Below, in pieces: positions 52,481 to 64,000 of a stretch of 64,000 bases of DNA. Below the pieces are notes generated by a model. The model saw only the letters and a list, made by a program, of their open reading frames with translations, was not told the DNA's origin and made no database searches. The position numbers and the translations under genes were made by a program. The number at the start of each line of letters is the position of its first letter. Within the stretch, counting starts at the first letter, position 1. Source of the DNA: Octopus bimaculoides (taxonomy: Eukaryota); assembly GCF_001194135.2 (NCBI RefSeq), contig NC_068996.1, forward strand, positions 55,744,401 through 55,808,400, in the 5' to 3' direction.

Positions 52481-53269
52481 ATATGGGGAAGCTATTTCAG
52501 AAAGTTTTTCAGTGCCTCAGACATTAGACCCAGTTCTTGGATAACTCACACCATTGAATAAAAATATGACCTTCATTTATTTCCAGCAGCTCTCATCATC
52601 ATCATCATCGTCGTTTAACGTCCGCTTTCCATGCTAGCATGGGTTGGACTCAGCTCTAGTTTTTGATTGTCTACAAACACAACAAATATGAATCGATGAT
52701 CGTAGCTGGTCACTCAACTAAGATGTCTAAGCAGTAAGAAACAATCAAAGATACCCATATGATGCTGGACCATTCATCTTGTTTATCCTGGGTCAGTTCA
52801 CCACAGGATGAGCCCGAAATACCGCTTCCACGAAACATCTGAGTAAATGAATATTGTATCGATGATAACACACTCATTTCACTTTTTATCTGATTCTATG
52901 GATGTAATTTTACTCCAAACAAACCTATTCTTCTTGTATGAAGCCATTATTTTTATCCAAAAGGTAACGTCAATGATTTGTTGTCATCGATACTTGCACT
53001 CAATGGGTTGTATTTCAATAACTAGAGCAGATGGAGAAAAATTGATGGAATGTTTAGAATCAGCAACCAAAATTTACCTGAAAACAGGTTTAATATTCCG
53101 GACACCAAATTCTGTTTCATAGTTTAACTGATGAAATGATATAGCATATTGGTGATATGAAAGATAAAAGCGTTGAAGTGATTAAAAACAGACGACGATG
53201 TAGTTCATTGAAAGGTGTGTGATCCCTCATATCTGCCCTACGGCAGGCGAAAATTCTTTCTACTATAAG

Positions 53270-53460
53270 CACAAGTCCTGAAATTTTGAGGAAGAGAAAG
53301 ATTTGTCGATTACATCGACTTCAGTTCCTCACTGGTACTTTATTGACCCCGAAAGGATGAAAGGCAAAGTCGACCTCGGCAGAATTTGAACTCAGAACGA
53401 AAGTTGGAAGACATACCGCTATGCCTTTTGTCCGTCATGCTAATGATTCTGCCAGCTAAC
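53270..53460 (-). mobile_element. tRNA-derived SINE family D
   Basis: Minus: GCTGGCAGAATCATTAGC (A box), GAGTTCAAATTC (B box), GAGGTCGACTTTGCCTTTCATCCTTTCGGGGTCAATAAAGTACCAG; the central domain may correspond to the Meta-SINE domain (recollection, unverified). Confidence 0.78.
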
Positions 53461-53689
53461 AGCCTTGGTAGCAGACGAAAATTGTCATTTAAAACACTGT
53501 AGAAAACTCAGGAACAATGCCAGACGGTTTGAGGAAGTAACTTCAGCTATTTACTAATTACACTAGGAGATGTTTATTTTATGGCCCAGACAGTTTTCCC
53601 AAGAAGTAACTCAAGTAAAAATGGTCCGCAAATAGGGACATTTCAGATGGAAAGTAACTAAAATCAGTAGGGACTTCTCAAGAAAGTCT

Positions 53690-54310
53690 TCCCGGTGAAC
53701 TCAGGCAAGTAGAGAGGTTTAAGGATTTCCAAGCTGTATTCACAAGTGATGTAAATCAGGAGACTGGATTAGATACTAGAAATACAGATGCCAACACAAG
53801 AATGTACCAACTCTAAGCATTTGATTCTCAGAAAAGGAGAGGTTGTGAAAAAAAGTCGAACTATCTATTTTCAGTTCGGTTTTCGTGCCTATCCTCACCT
53901 ATGGACATGAATGTTGAGTAATGACCGAAAGAATACAATCGCGAATACAAAACGAAGGAAATGGGGTGCCTCTGGAGGATTTCAAGAGTAACGTCACTCG
54001 ACAGAGTGCATAGCTCAGAGATCAGATAGTCTTTCACGGTCAAGTCCACTACTTCTCCGAATTCAGAGGTCACACTTCCATTACTATGTACCTGTTATTA
54101 GAATGTCACAGTAAAGCATCGTGTTGCGGATTCCTCAAGTCGAGCCAGCCGGCAGGAAACCTAGGGGTAAACCGAGAATGATAAGACACATCGTCTCGGT
54201 TGGCCGTGTTCAGGAATCCAGCTAGAAAGTGTAATGGGGGATGTGCCTATGGACTGTCCCTCCATGACTCTTCCATGAATAGAAGGCAGAGTAGATGGAT
54301 GAATGGATGC
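53690..54310 (+). mobile_element. RTE LINE 3' portion with (GGAT)n-like tail
   Basis: QVERFK, VFTSD, PILTYGHEC*VMTERIQSR and EMGCLWRISRVTSLDRVHSSEIR. Confidence 0.8.
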
Positions 54311-54714
54311 ATCATTCAGTCATCCGTGAAAGTAGATATCTGCTGATTCTTCCAATACTCTGAAATTTAGAATTTCTTGTTTTCAGAGAGCGTTGAATAT
54401 TTCTATCCCGCGCCATTCAACTGTCAGTTTATATGCATTGTTTGTAATCCTAGATGAGAACTGACATAATGCTTTTATTATACTGAATTGCAAACAACAG
54501 AAGCCAATCAACATATGATTTGATTTCAAGCATACGCGAATGTGGTATCAAATGTCAAGTTTGTATATGAAAGAGCAGTTCTTTCTAGCGGAGGTCTCCC
54601 CAACCACCGCACCGCGGATCATTTGCTACCGGGCCTCACGAAAAGAATAAATTTTAAAATTTCATTTCTATTTTATTGACTATTGTAGCCTGCAAGATGT
54701 TTTTGCTTCGCTTC

Positions 54715-55050
54715 TCAATCAAATGGTTCCGGGCTCAGTCCAACTGCGAGGCATCTTAGACAAGTGTCTACTATTACGATAGCCTCGGGTAGACCAAAGC
54801 CTTATGAGTGGATTTTGCAGACGGAAACTGGAAAATGTGTGTGCGTGTCTGTGTCTTTGTTTTCATTTGTCCCTCACCACTGCTTGACAACTGGTGTTGG
54901 TTTGTTTGTCCCCGTAACTTAGCCGTTCAACAAAAGAGGCCAATAAAATAAGTACCAGGCTTAAAGAATAAGTACTGGGTCGATTCATTCAATTAAAGTT
55001 CTTCAAGGTGGTGCCCCAGCATGGCCACAGTCTAATGACTGAAAGAAGTA
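54715..55050 (+). mobile_element. SINE family A, nearly full copy
   Basis: Head ATGGTTCCGGGCTCAGTCC...GACGGAAACTG, short (TG)n, tail to AATGACTGAAAG. Confidence 0.85.
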
Positions 55051-55503
55051 AAAAATAAAAACTATGTGTTACTCTTGTAATAATTAAATTATATAAATGT
55101 TGTGTTTTGTTATGTGCACGATTCCCTGGTCTGTGGAGAAACTGTCTGGCATGAAACCGGGTCAGTGGAGCGAACAAAGGTTGGTGACTGCTGCTTTATG
55201 GCACCAAAGTATTTTATTCCCCCACACAAACAATTACGGGTGCTTTTTAAATATCGGACAATGTTTGAGGAGACAAATATAGATCATAAAACTAGAAACT
55301 TTGTATAATGATCCAAGAAATGTCCTCCTTGTTAAGTCTGTATAAGTTCTATTTGCGCAGGTCAGTAAGTTTCAAAGCATTTGTCTCACAATGAGATGAA
55401 AAGGCTAATGGACTTGTCTGTAACTTACGTGGATACTTTGAAGCAACATCGACTGCAGTAGCGTAGCGTTGAAAACGATGAAAATCAGGGTTTGAACTCT
55501 TTA

Positions 55504-56654
55504 CAGAGTACGGTAGCTCTTTGAGAACAAAAGTCTTAAGATCCATAAATGGACCAAACCTTAACTAAATATCCTTTTGTTCAGCCCAACAAGTTTCGAA
55601 TCTAACGCACACGAATTTAATACATGCTGTTCTTTTCACTTAAGACACCAACCACAATGATTCTGAGATTGCAACCGTCTTATATGCCATGTATAGGATC
55701 AGAAAAGAGCTCCTGGCCTCTGGTAGGAATGTATCTTCTGTGGGCAAAAAAATATAACATTCTCAACGGTCAGAAATTATCAGGAAAGCTGAGTTTGTCT
55801 ATCAAGTCTAGAGCACCATTAACAAGAAACCCGGCAAGTCAATGTGAGCCATTATCAATCATCTTCACATATCATAGCTAACGATTACACGCGTGATGCC
55901 CGAAGACTTCCATTATCACGAGAAGAAAGTAATTCATATCCGATAAAACTTGGGAGAACCATGTGGTCCGGCTAGAGCGCTTGCTGCACAAACTCAAGCA
56001 CACCAAGGAGACTGACATGCTCTGGTTCTTCTCAGATGAGAAGATCGTTGTCTAGGATGAAAAAGTGAACAGGAAGAATAACAGATGGCTTTGTGTGGGC
56101 GCCACTGAAGTCCCTACACTAAATTCCAATCGTCTGAGGGTCATAAACAATGAGGGCCATGTCATGCCACTTCACTTTTTCCTGCGAGATCAATGCGACA
56201 GCCTACATCAAGAAAATGGGGTCGGTTTCCCTGAATCGATAGGGGTCATACGTGTCCCAGCAAGGACTCTGCTCCCTCTCACACAGCCTATACGACTCAG
56301 GAGTGGATGGCCAAAGATTTCCATAGTCATGACATCTCTAACATATGGTCTCCTACCTCTCTCGAAATAAACGCTCTGGACTACTACGCAAGGAGACCAA
56401 CGAGCATGCCCACACTACCAAGGCCTCGTTGATATTTGCTATTTGGGCCAATTTAAGTAAAGATCACCTGATAAACGCGTTTAGTCGTTTCAGAAGCTTT
56501 ACCCACGCAGTAATCGAGGTTGACGCTGGTTTCATTGAATAATATTTTGCTGTGTGTATGTAAGAATATGTGTATCGCATTCTATAAAGATTTTTCTAAA
56601 TATTTTTGTTTACTTTAAATTAAAACTTCCTTCTCAAATAGCTTACGCACCCCG
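55504..56654 (+). mobile_element. DD37D (maT) fossil with both TIRs
   Basis: TA|CAGAGTACGGTAGCTCTTTGAGAA versus reverse complement of the right end CGGGGTGCGTAAGCTATTTGAGAA; MLWFFSDEK, KVNRKNNRWL and ALDYY motifs. Confidence 0.82.
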
Positions 56655-56929
56655 TGACATATGTAAAAGTGTTTTACCCTACTTATTTCTGCCCTATTCT
56701 TTCAGTTTTCTGTCTTTTATTAATCTTTCATCGTACATATAACTAAAACCTTGATCTTGACTCTAATTTTGTGTTTTGCGTTTTATTTACTAAAGCTAAG
56801 TGTTTAAGTAAACTTTCCATTCATCTATTTTCTCTGCCCACTCTTCCTGGAAAGGTCATGAGCAGAATTCTTGGGCACATCTTTCATTGCATCCTATGAA
56901 CAAGAAACGTCATTAGACTTTCTGGGTAG

Positions 56930-57300
56930 ATTTCCAAGTGTGACCAATTGAATCTATGGATATCATCCTGCCATCTAGTTCTTGGTCAACCTCTTGGTCC
57001 CCTGCTAGTTGGCTCAGCTTGAAGAATCCAGCTTGTGATTCTTTTCTGCGATGTTTCCAATCAGAAGTCCATCGTAACGGAGCTGTGAAATCTCAATGCA
57101 GGAAAGTAGAGGCTCAACTGAAAGAGAAACTCCCTGATCTCCGAGCTATGCACCTTGTCCATAAATCCTTCAGAGGAATCCCATTACGGTTTCTTGTAAT
57201 TTCAATCGTACGCTTTTGGACGTAACCCAACATTCATGTCCATAAGTGAGGACAAGCACGAAAACTGAATTGAAAATAGCTAGTTTGTCTCTTTTACCAA
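56930..57300 (-). mobile_element. RTE LINE 3' fragment, same family as 53690-54310
   Basis: Minus strand aligns to the LTYGHECW...EMGFLRRI...RWxDDIHR pattern. Confidence 0.72.
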
Positions 57301-57689
57301 CCTCTGCTCTTCTGAGGATCGAATACTTCAACTAATATATTATTGTGTCAGGACCTGCAATTCTTATATCCAGTTCAGCTTCACTCGTCCCATCACTCGT
57401 GAATACGGCCCAAATGTCTTTTTTTCTTTTTGCATATGATGGCTGTGATGCTCACATTCTTGCTTCATGTAGTTTAATTTTTGTTATTCTGTAATTGCTG
57501 TTAGTTTTAGATTAAGTAGTTGGTAGTTTGGTAAACATCTCCGATGCTAGCATCAAAATCAGAAAAGTATGAACTTGAACAGCGTGACTCAGACTCAAGA
57601 AAATACGAAAGTGAAGATCGTGAAAGGGAACAAAAACCAGACAGTTCCTTACCAACGAAGAGTCAATGTTCTTGTATTGCAATGAAAAG

Positions 57690-58020
57690 CAAGAAAGAGC
57701 TTAGATGGCTGATGCACAAGGATGCTACGAATGGCCCTGAATGTAAAATGGCTGCAGCACATGACCAATGAACACCCTATGAAAGCCTTCCAAAAGTGAC
57801 CAACAAGATTAGAGAACGACGTTTGCATGCAATACCAGGAAGAAGAAGCATAAAACCTTGAACTCTGGAACGCACAACATGGTACCAACAAGTTTAGGAA
57901 ATGTTGTCTGCCATTTGTTGATATCCTGAAGGAGGACACAGAATTGGATTCTGTCCATGAACTGAAGATGGTGATGATAGATCAAGATGTTTGGTGAAGT
58001 GGTTTTGTTTTGGAGGACTG
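57690..58020 (+). mobile_element. RTE-X-like LINE 3' fragment
   Basis: ELDG*CTRMLRMALNVKWLQHMTNEHPYESLPKVTNKIRERRL. Confidence 0.75.
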
Positions 58021-58454
58021 GGTGGAAGCCTGGCCAAAACAAAGAATAAGTCAGTTGTCACTGTCGTTACATGTCACGAAATGTTACGAAAATTCTCAAG
58101 GTTATTTCTTGTACTGATAAAGTCATTCTTTGCATATGACCTAACGATGTCTGAGAGGTATCCTGTAACCCAATACGACATTCATATCTCCTGCAAGGGT
58201 TTTGTATGTGCTTGTACATAACTTGGTTTCAAAATCTGTTTTTCTATTATGTTAGGAATTTCATCAAGCAGATTTTATATAATCTAAATGTAGGTCATTT
58301 AACTTGTCTACAATATTTTTGTTCATTCATTCACTCTATCCCAACAATATTAAAGCAAATATATTTCACCTAGAAATCGGGCCAAAAGATATGTACAGTA
58401 ACGGGACTATATCCACTTAACGGTTCCTTAAAAATTATTTGTATTTTTAGACAC

Positions 58455-58615
58455 AGGCATTACTCTGTGGTAATAAGTTTGCTTCCCAACAAAATAGTTC
58501 CGAGTTCGGTCTCACTGAGTAACACCTTGGGCGAGTATCTTCTACTAAAGCCCCCGGTCCACCAAAGCTTTGAGAGTGGATTTGGTAGGCAGAAACTGAA
58601 AGAAACCTGCCATAT
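58455..58615 (+). mobile_element. SINE family A head
   Basis: TGTGGTAATAAGTTTGCTTCCCAAC...ACACCTTGGGCGAGTATCTTCTACT...GAGTGGATTTGGTAGGCAGAAACTGAAAGAA. Confidence 0.85.
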
Positions 58616-58674
58616 CACACTGGGTTGTTTCTCACCAGGCATTGCTCTCCACAAACCTTCTGCTATAATCTCAA

Positions 58675-58779
<105 letters not shown>

Positions 58780-59869
58780 TTCCACAAAACCGACGCTACA
58801 ATCTTTCTTGCATTGATTTATCGCTTAGCAACATATGTTTTCACCTCATTTAAACAATTCATCCCTGGTTCAGTTACTTACCTGAATGACTTCTCACGAA
58901 CGTCACCAACTGATCGATAAACCATACCTGTGTCTCTCTGTAATATTGGATTGTTGTACTCTAGTTATAATGGAAACTTTTTATTGGATTTCATCAACAT
59001 TTTCACCACCCGTTTTCTCTCAACCTGTGTATAATAATTTTTCTCTCAACAATTTTTGCTGATTTTTTTTTAATAAAATTCATTTTGTTTTATATCCTTT
59101 CTACATCTTCTCATTCTTTCACAACCTTTCCCTTTTGCAGTGATCCGTTCAAATTTCTCTGTCAGAGATTCCACGTGTTTCTAACTATTCTGTTCCAATT
59201 TTCTTTACCTTTTGTCATAACCCTTTCTACTTTATAAACTCTTTCAAACTCAATTACTTTTTCTTCGGATATCATGACTTACCTCTTTCTTATTTTTTCC
59301 ACTTTCTTATTTATCGATTTTGTAATTTTTCCTCTCAGCTTGTACCTCCTTTAACTTTTTTTTTCTCACCAATAGCATCGTTTTCCTCACTTGGCCTGTC
59401 TTTTTGCTTTCCTCCTACCTATGCCATATTCACATCCCCCTCCACTCACTCTTTGCTAACCACCTGCACCTCACAGTGCTCATACAGCGCCCTTCCACGG
59501 ATGCTCTCCTATACACGCACACAACATCCCCACCTCTTCCTCTCTTCTTAACTCTTCCCCTTAGAACCGAATTCTCACTTTTGGCTTCTTATTATTTCAT
59601 TCTTACTTATTTCCTCCTTTTCACCACTTATTTTCCTTTTCGTTTTTATGATGAAAGCCTAATGTCCGAAGCGTCAAGGACCCTTCCATTTTTCTTTCTA
59701 AGCCTTAAAGTAATAATGCCTTTGCGAAAACTTGTTCGTCTTGTGTTTTTTTCTTGTTGCTCGTGTTTTTTTGCTCATTCGTTGAAAAATATTTGTATTC
59801 TACGTAAAAATTTTCAAAGATCCCAAATTTACTGAAGAAGAGAACTGGGGCTAATAGTATTATAAAGAA

Positions 59870-60430
59870 GCGGGAACGAATCAACAACTTATGCTGGAAT
59901 ATCCAAATAAACGGCAAAGTTGACATGGTCCAGAGCACGTGCTCCTGGATCCTTAGGACTTTGTACTCTAGAGATACTCTTACCGTTATCCTTCTCTTCT
60001 CCACCTTCGCCTGTCCTCACCTTGAATACTGTAGACCGCTATGATCTCCCTAGACGAAACAAAATATAAAAAAAATTGAAACTCTTCAGAGATCAATCAC
60101 AAAAAAAAAAGATAGGCGACATGACAGTTCTTGAATATTGGGATTGGCTAACGAAGCTCAAATTCTATTTCTTCCAAAGTCGTTGTGAGCGCTATACCAT
60201 TTGTATGCGGAAAATATATTCCATAAACATCAATCAAATGTCTTCATTATCTTTAAATTTCACTAACGCTTGGTCTCCGTGCCATCCGTCTTCTACAAAA
60301 CTAGTGCTCGCGTCACATCACAAAACTAAAGCAGAACTATTTCACCTCAACTTGCCTTGTTTTCTTTTTCACCATGCCAAGAAACATAAGAGAAGAAAAG
60401 TTCTCACAACATTCAGACGGTTGTAGGGAA
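59870..60430 (+). mobile_element. CR1-like LINE fragment
   Basis: SWILRTLYSRD, PHLEYCRPL*SP, IETLQRSITKK and YWDWLTKLKFYFFQSRCERY. Confidence 0.8.
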
Positions 60431-61162
60431 AATCTCTCCAATAAATTCCAGATAAATCACCTACGCCCGTAGATATCACTTCAAAAACATAACACTTTAC
60501 TCGAATAGGCTACGGTGACCAAAGAATCACTGTAATATAAAACATTAATAAATATCTTTTCCAGGTGGCGCCATTAAGTCAGACATGACCTGGGCCAATT
60601 CTGGCCAAAACTTAAGTATCTAAGTACATAGAATATTTGAAAGATGACAAACTTACCGAAGGAGAGAAATGAAATTATATTGCATAATGTTCAAACATTT
60701 TCAGAGAATATTGGCGGACGTAATGATGTACTATATTTTCCAACATAAAAATCGACATAGTATATAGTGTAAACATTCAAAACATAGTCATTATCTTTCA
60801 AAATCCCGCTGCATTTCACGTGGAATTTTCGGTTCTTCAAAATCATCTTTGTTTAAATCAGCCTACCTTTTTTGACTGTAAATTTTTATCTGAAAAATTC
60901 GGCCTGTTCGCCGGAAAATACAGTATATTTTAAAATCTACCCAAAGTTACCTCTCTTCGGTATTTCCCTTTGATAACAGCTAAAGAGCTAGACATGCGTT
61001 TGGAAATTCAATAGGAGTCAGTACAGGCCAGATATGTTTTTACATCTTTTACCCAAAGAGAGAATGTTTTTCTCCACGGTAACTGCAGTGAATATGTCTT
61101 TACAAGATGAAATGTCACGAACATATTTTAACTCACCTAAAGTGTGCATGTTTGTGTGTGTA

Positions 61163-61800
61163 CAGGGTGGTATTCGGGCTAAATTTGGCGATTTTTTATG
61201 CCACTTTATCAGGAAGAGCTTGATGTATTTGTGAATGGTCAACGTCACTCAAGAGCATAAAGATTAAAATTGCGGTTGAGGAAAAATTAGTTGACATGGG
61301 GGACTGGAAGCCATCTGAATATTGGAAAAGTTTCATATTTCATGCGGGGTATCAAAATGCCAACATCATGACTGCTGCTCAATGCTCTGTGAACAATGCG
61401 CTGTGAAAGGCTGTAAGAAGTGCCATGAACATCGTCAAGATCAAGTTTGCCTCAAAGTGTTATGACCTTTGGGTTTGTCTCCAGTGAGGATAACATCATG
61501 CTGCCCACATCTTTGGAAAGGGCCTTAGGCTCACTTCAGACGACTATGTGAAGCTGCTGAAGATTGTAGTCAAACGCTGGTTGTTGCTGGAAGGCTATGT
61601 GTGTATCAGCAGGATTCGGTTCCTTGTCATAACTCCAGAAAGAGTCAGAAGTGGTTGTCGGCGTATTTCTATTTCACCTGCTCCATTTTCTGGTCACCTG
61701 ATTACTATGTAGATTACTATGTGTGGGATGCGATTGAGAAAGACAACAACTGCTCTGCTTGCAACACCGAGGCCGAGCTGGTGACCAAGATCTTGCCAGA
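61163..61800 (+). mobile_element. DD37D (maT) fossil, left TIR present, internally deleted and 3' truncated
   Basis: TA|CAGGGTG...CGGGCTAAATTTGGCG; VYQQDSVPCHNS and DYYVWDAIEK motifs. Confidence 0.8.
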
Positions 61801-62114
61801 TTCAGAGTGAGGAAGGAATGCACCTCTACTAATATAAATTTTATCGATGTCACATACTTATTGTATGTATTTTGTTTATGCGCTTTTAACACTCGACGTA
61901 TTAAAAGGACGTTTCCCTGGATGAAATAATCCCACAGCCAATAATTGACATCGGTAAAGTTTGCTTTATTAGAGTTGCTTCTTATTCAAAATCTAATTTT
62001 GTTTACCTTGTGTGGCGTTGCTGCATATCAGCAGAGAGATTTTACACTAACCGCAAATATACCTCAGACCAGTGATTCGAATTCGTTTCAAAGTGACTTG
62101 GGTATACGCTGCTA

Positions 62115-62153
62115 CTGACGAGCTGAAATAACAGCGAAATATCGATAACTACC
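62115..62153 (+). ncRNA. Hammerhead-like motif with intact core and helix II but disrupted helix I
   Basis: CTGACGA-GCTG(AAATAA)CAGC-GAAA-TATCGATA. Confidence 0.5.
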
Positions 62154-62328
62154 GTGCTTGTTCCACAACGCGACGATTCAGTGATTTTTAACACTCGACG
62201 TCTTAAAAGGACATTTTCCCTACACAGAATCCCGCAGATGATGTGTGTATAAAATATGTAACGTTGGTAATGTTTATACACACACATTCACACACACAGA
62301 CACACACGCACGCACACACACGCACACA

Positions 62329-62369
<41 letters not shown>

Positions 62370-62470
62370 GGGAGAATATACAAAAAATAACAACAGACGA
62401 GGACAGGTGGTGTAAATAACAAAAGTATATATTAGTATGACGCTCGGGAATACGGAAAGTCTTTGACGTT

Positions 62471-62518
<48 letters not shown>

Positions 62519-62519
62519 A

Positions 62520-62770
62520 GTGTCTACCAAACCATCTGATGACACCGCTGGTCACAATACGCTTCCAATTCTGTCTCGATTGCGCCATTCTTGACCCAAA
62601 TCGTTTAACTAAATCGTCATTCTATCGGTGCGGAGGCCTTCCAAGTGGCCTTTTCCGATCTCTTATGTACCACTCGGCAACTGCACGGGTCCATCTCTTG
62701 TCTGTGAACCTTGTGATATGTCCGGCTCAGCAGCACTTGTTCTTTTGATATTCTACGATCATTCACTCCG
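62520..62770 (-). mobile_element. RTE LINE 3' fragment
   Basis: Homologous to 12650-12900 (CCAAATCGTTTAACTAAATCGTC...GAGGCCTTCC.AGTGGCCTTTT). Confidence 0.8.
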
Positions 62771-63139
62771 CTCCGTTTCAAATTTAATTACTGAAATTTA
62801 AAATCTGGTTTTAGGTTTAACTAACCACCAGGATACGCGCGCGCACACACGTACATCCCAGATCTGCACACTTAATCACTTAAAATTCCTCGTAATAAAT
62901 CGGAACATATGCGTGTGTGTGTATGTATGAATGTATGTATATAACGTATGTATGTTTGTATCTATGTAATGTATGTATGTAATATATGTATGTATGTGTG
63001 TATGAATGAATGTATGTATGAATGTATGTATGCATGCATGTGTGTATGTGTGTATGTATGTATGTATGTATGTATCTGGATGGATGGATGGATGTAAATA
63101 AGTTCTCTGTTTCTCTTAATTTCTAGTTTACCTTCGACT

Positions 63140-63420
63140 GGTCACCTTCCCGGCGGCAAGGTTGTAAAGAAAAGGAAATTGTCATCGTCTCTAGTGTAAA
63201 TAGTCATCATTTGAATCATAAAACGTTTCGCAAATTTTGAACGTTCTAAAAATCGTGGTCATTTGTAGCGTGAATTAAGGAGCTACGATCTTTCTCCACA
63301 AATCCGAGTTTTAATCCTTGCCCACGTGAAAAGAGGTACATTTTGTCATACCTAAGGGCCCCCTTCATGCCTATAATCGCCAGTTCCCCAACCAATACCT
63401 AGGAATCCGGCAAAGAGGTT
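63140..63420 (+). mobile_element. Possible PLE GIY-YIG endonuclease C-terminal remnant
   Basis: Weak motifs NHKTFR, KSWSFV and NPCPREKRYIL resemble PLE NH..SF / W.I / C.LC..EK..I. Confidence 0.35.
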
Positions 63421-64000
63421 CAGCAGAACATACACAAATACACTCATTAACACATGTGCTCTCTAACACGGTGGATATTCACCTAAAAGATCCTTCCCTT
63501 CCCCCAATATAAGACCCTACATATATAGTACTCATACACACGCTCCATACGTACACAAACACTCCAAAGAATTTAACCGAAATATAAATAAGATACACAC
63601 AAGTATTTATGCAGCTTTTGTCCCACCCTCCNNNNNNNNNNNNNNNNNNNNNNNNNNNNNNNNNNNNNNNNNNNNNNNNNNNNNNNNNNNNNNNNNNNNN
63701 NNNNNNNNNNNNNNNNNNNNNNNNNNNNNNNNNNNNNNNNNNNNNNGAAAACGCTACAGATATAGTATCACTGCATACATTTTAGTTTTACAAGAACAAC
63801 CCAAAAACAAACACACATTTCTAAAAAACTCTTGTCATCTTGCAACGCCCGCAGTGGCTGTTTTTTGCCACCAAGAGATATAACTCTTAATTTAACCCTT
63901 GCTTAGATCGTTTCGTCTTTTTCACAGCAAATACAAACACGGTGTGTCTTTTCACAGCCAGCAATACAGAGCAGTATTTTCTTCTGTAACTACCATTTCT

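Noticed and set aside
54586-54640. GGTCTCCCCAACCACCGCACCGCGGATC, resembling a hAT-type MITE terminus
   Set aside because: No matching second terminus or 8-bp TSD found

Overview
Eukaryotic, repeat-saturated, gap-containing DNA. The microsatellite load and SINE families look like an octopus genome (inference from recollection, not a database hit). I found no host protein-coding exon, tRNA or rRNA gene that I can support. Most ORF-track entries are translations of (CA)n/(TA)n/(TACA)n tracts or N gaps. The window is a mosaic of decayed mobile elements: modular tRNA-derived SINEs; RTE, RTE-X-like, CR1-like and R4/Dong-like LINE fragments; Penelope-like element (PLE) remnants; seven or eight Tc1/mariner fossils (five DD37D/maT-type, three with both TIRs); and an internally deleted Helitron with a second 5' end. 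The best signals are at the RNA-structure level. There are several minimal type I hammerhead ribozyme motifs (12038, 31433, an inverted pair at 39665/39766, 62115) with palindromic helix III, and long fold-back inverted repeats, one with a near-perfect core inside diverged arms. A 47-bp duplication flanks an R4/Dong-like insert, and there is a possible head-to-tail Helitron junction. Hammerheads in PLEs are a known phenomenon, so I do not claim a wholly new system. All protein motifs were translated by hand, and element boundaries are approximate unless TIR/TSD positions are given.
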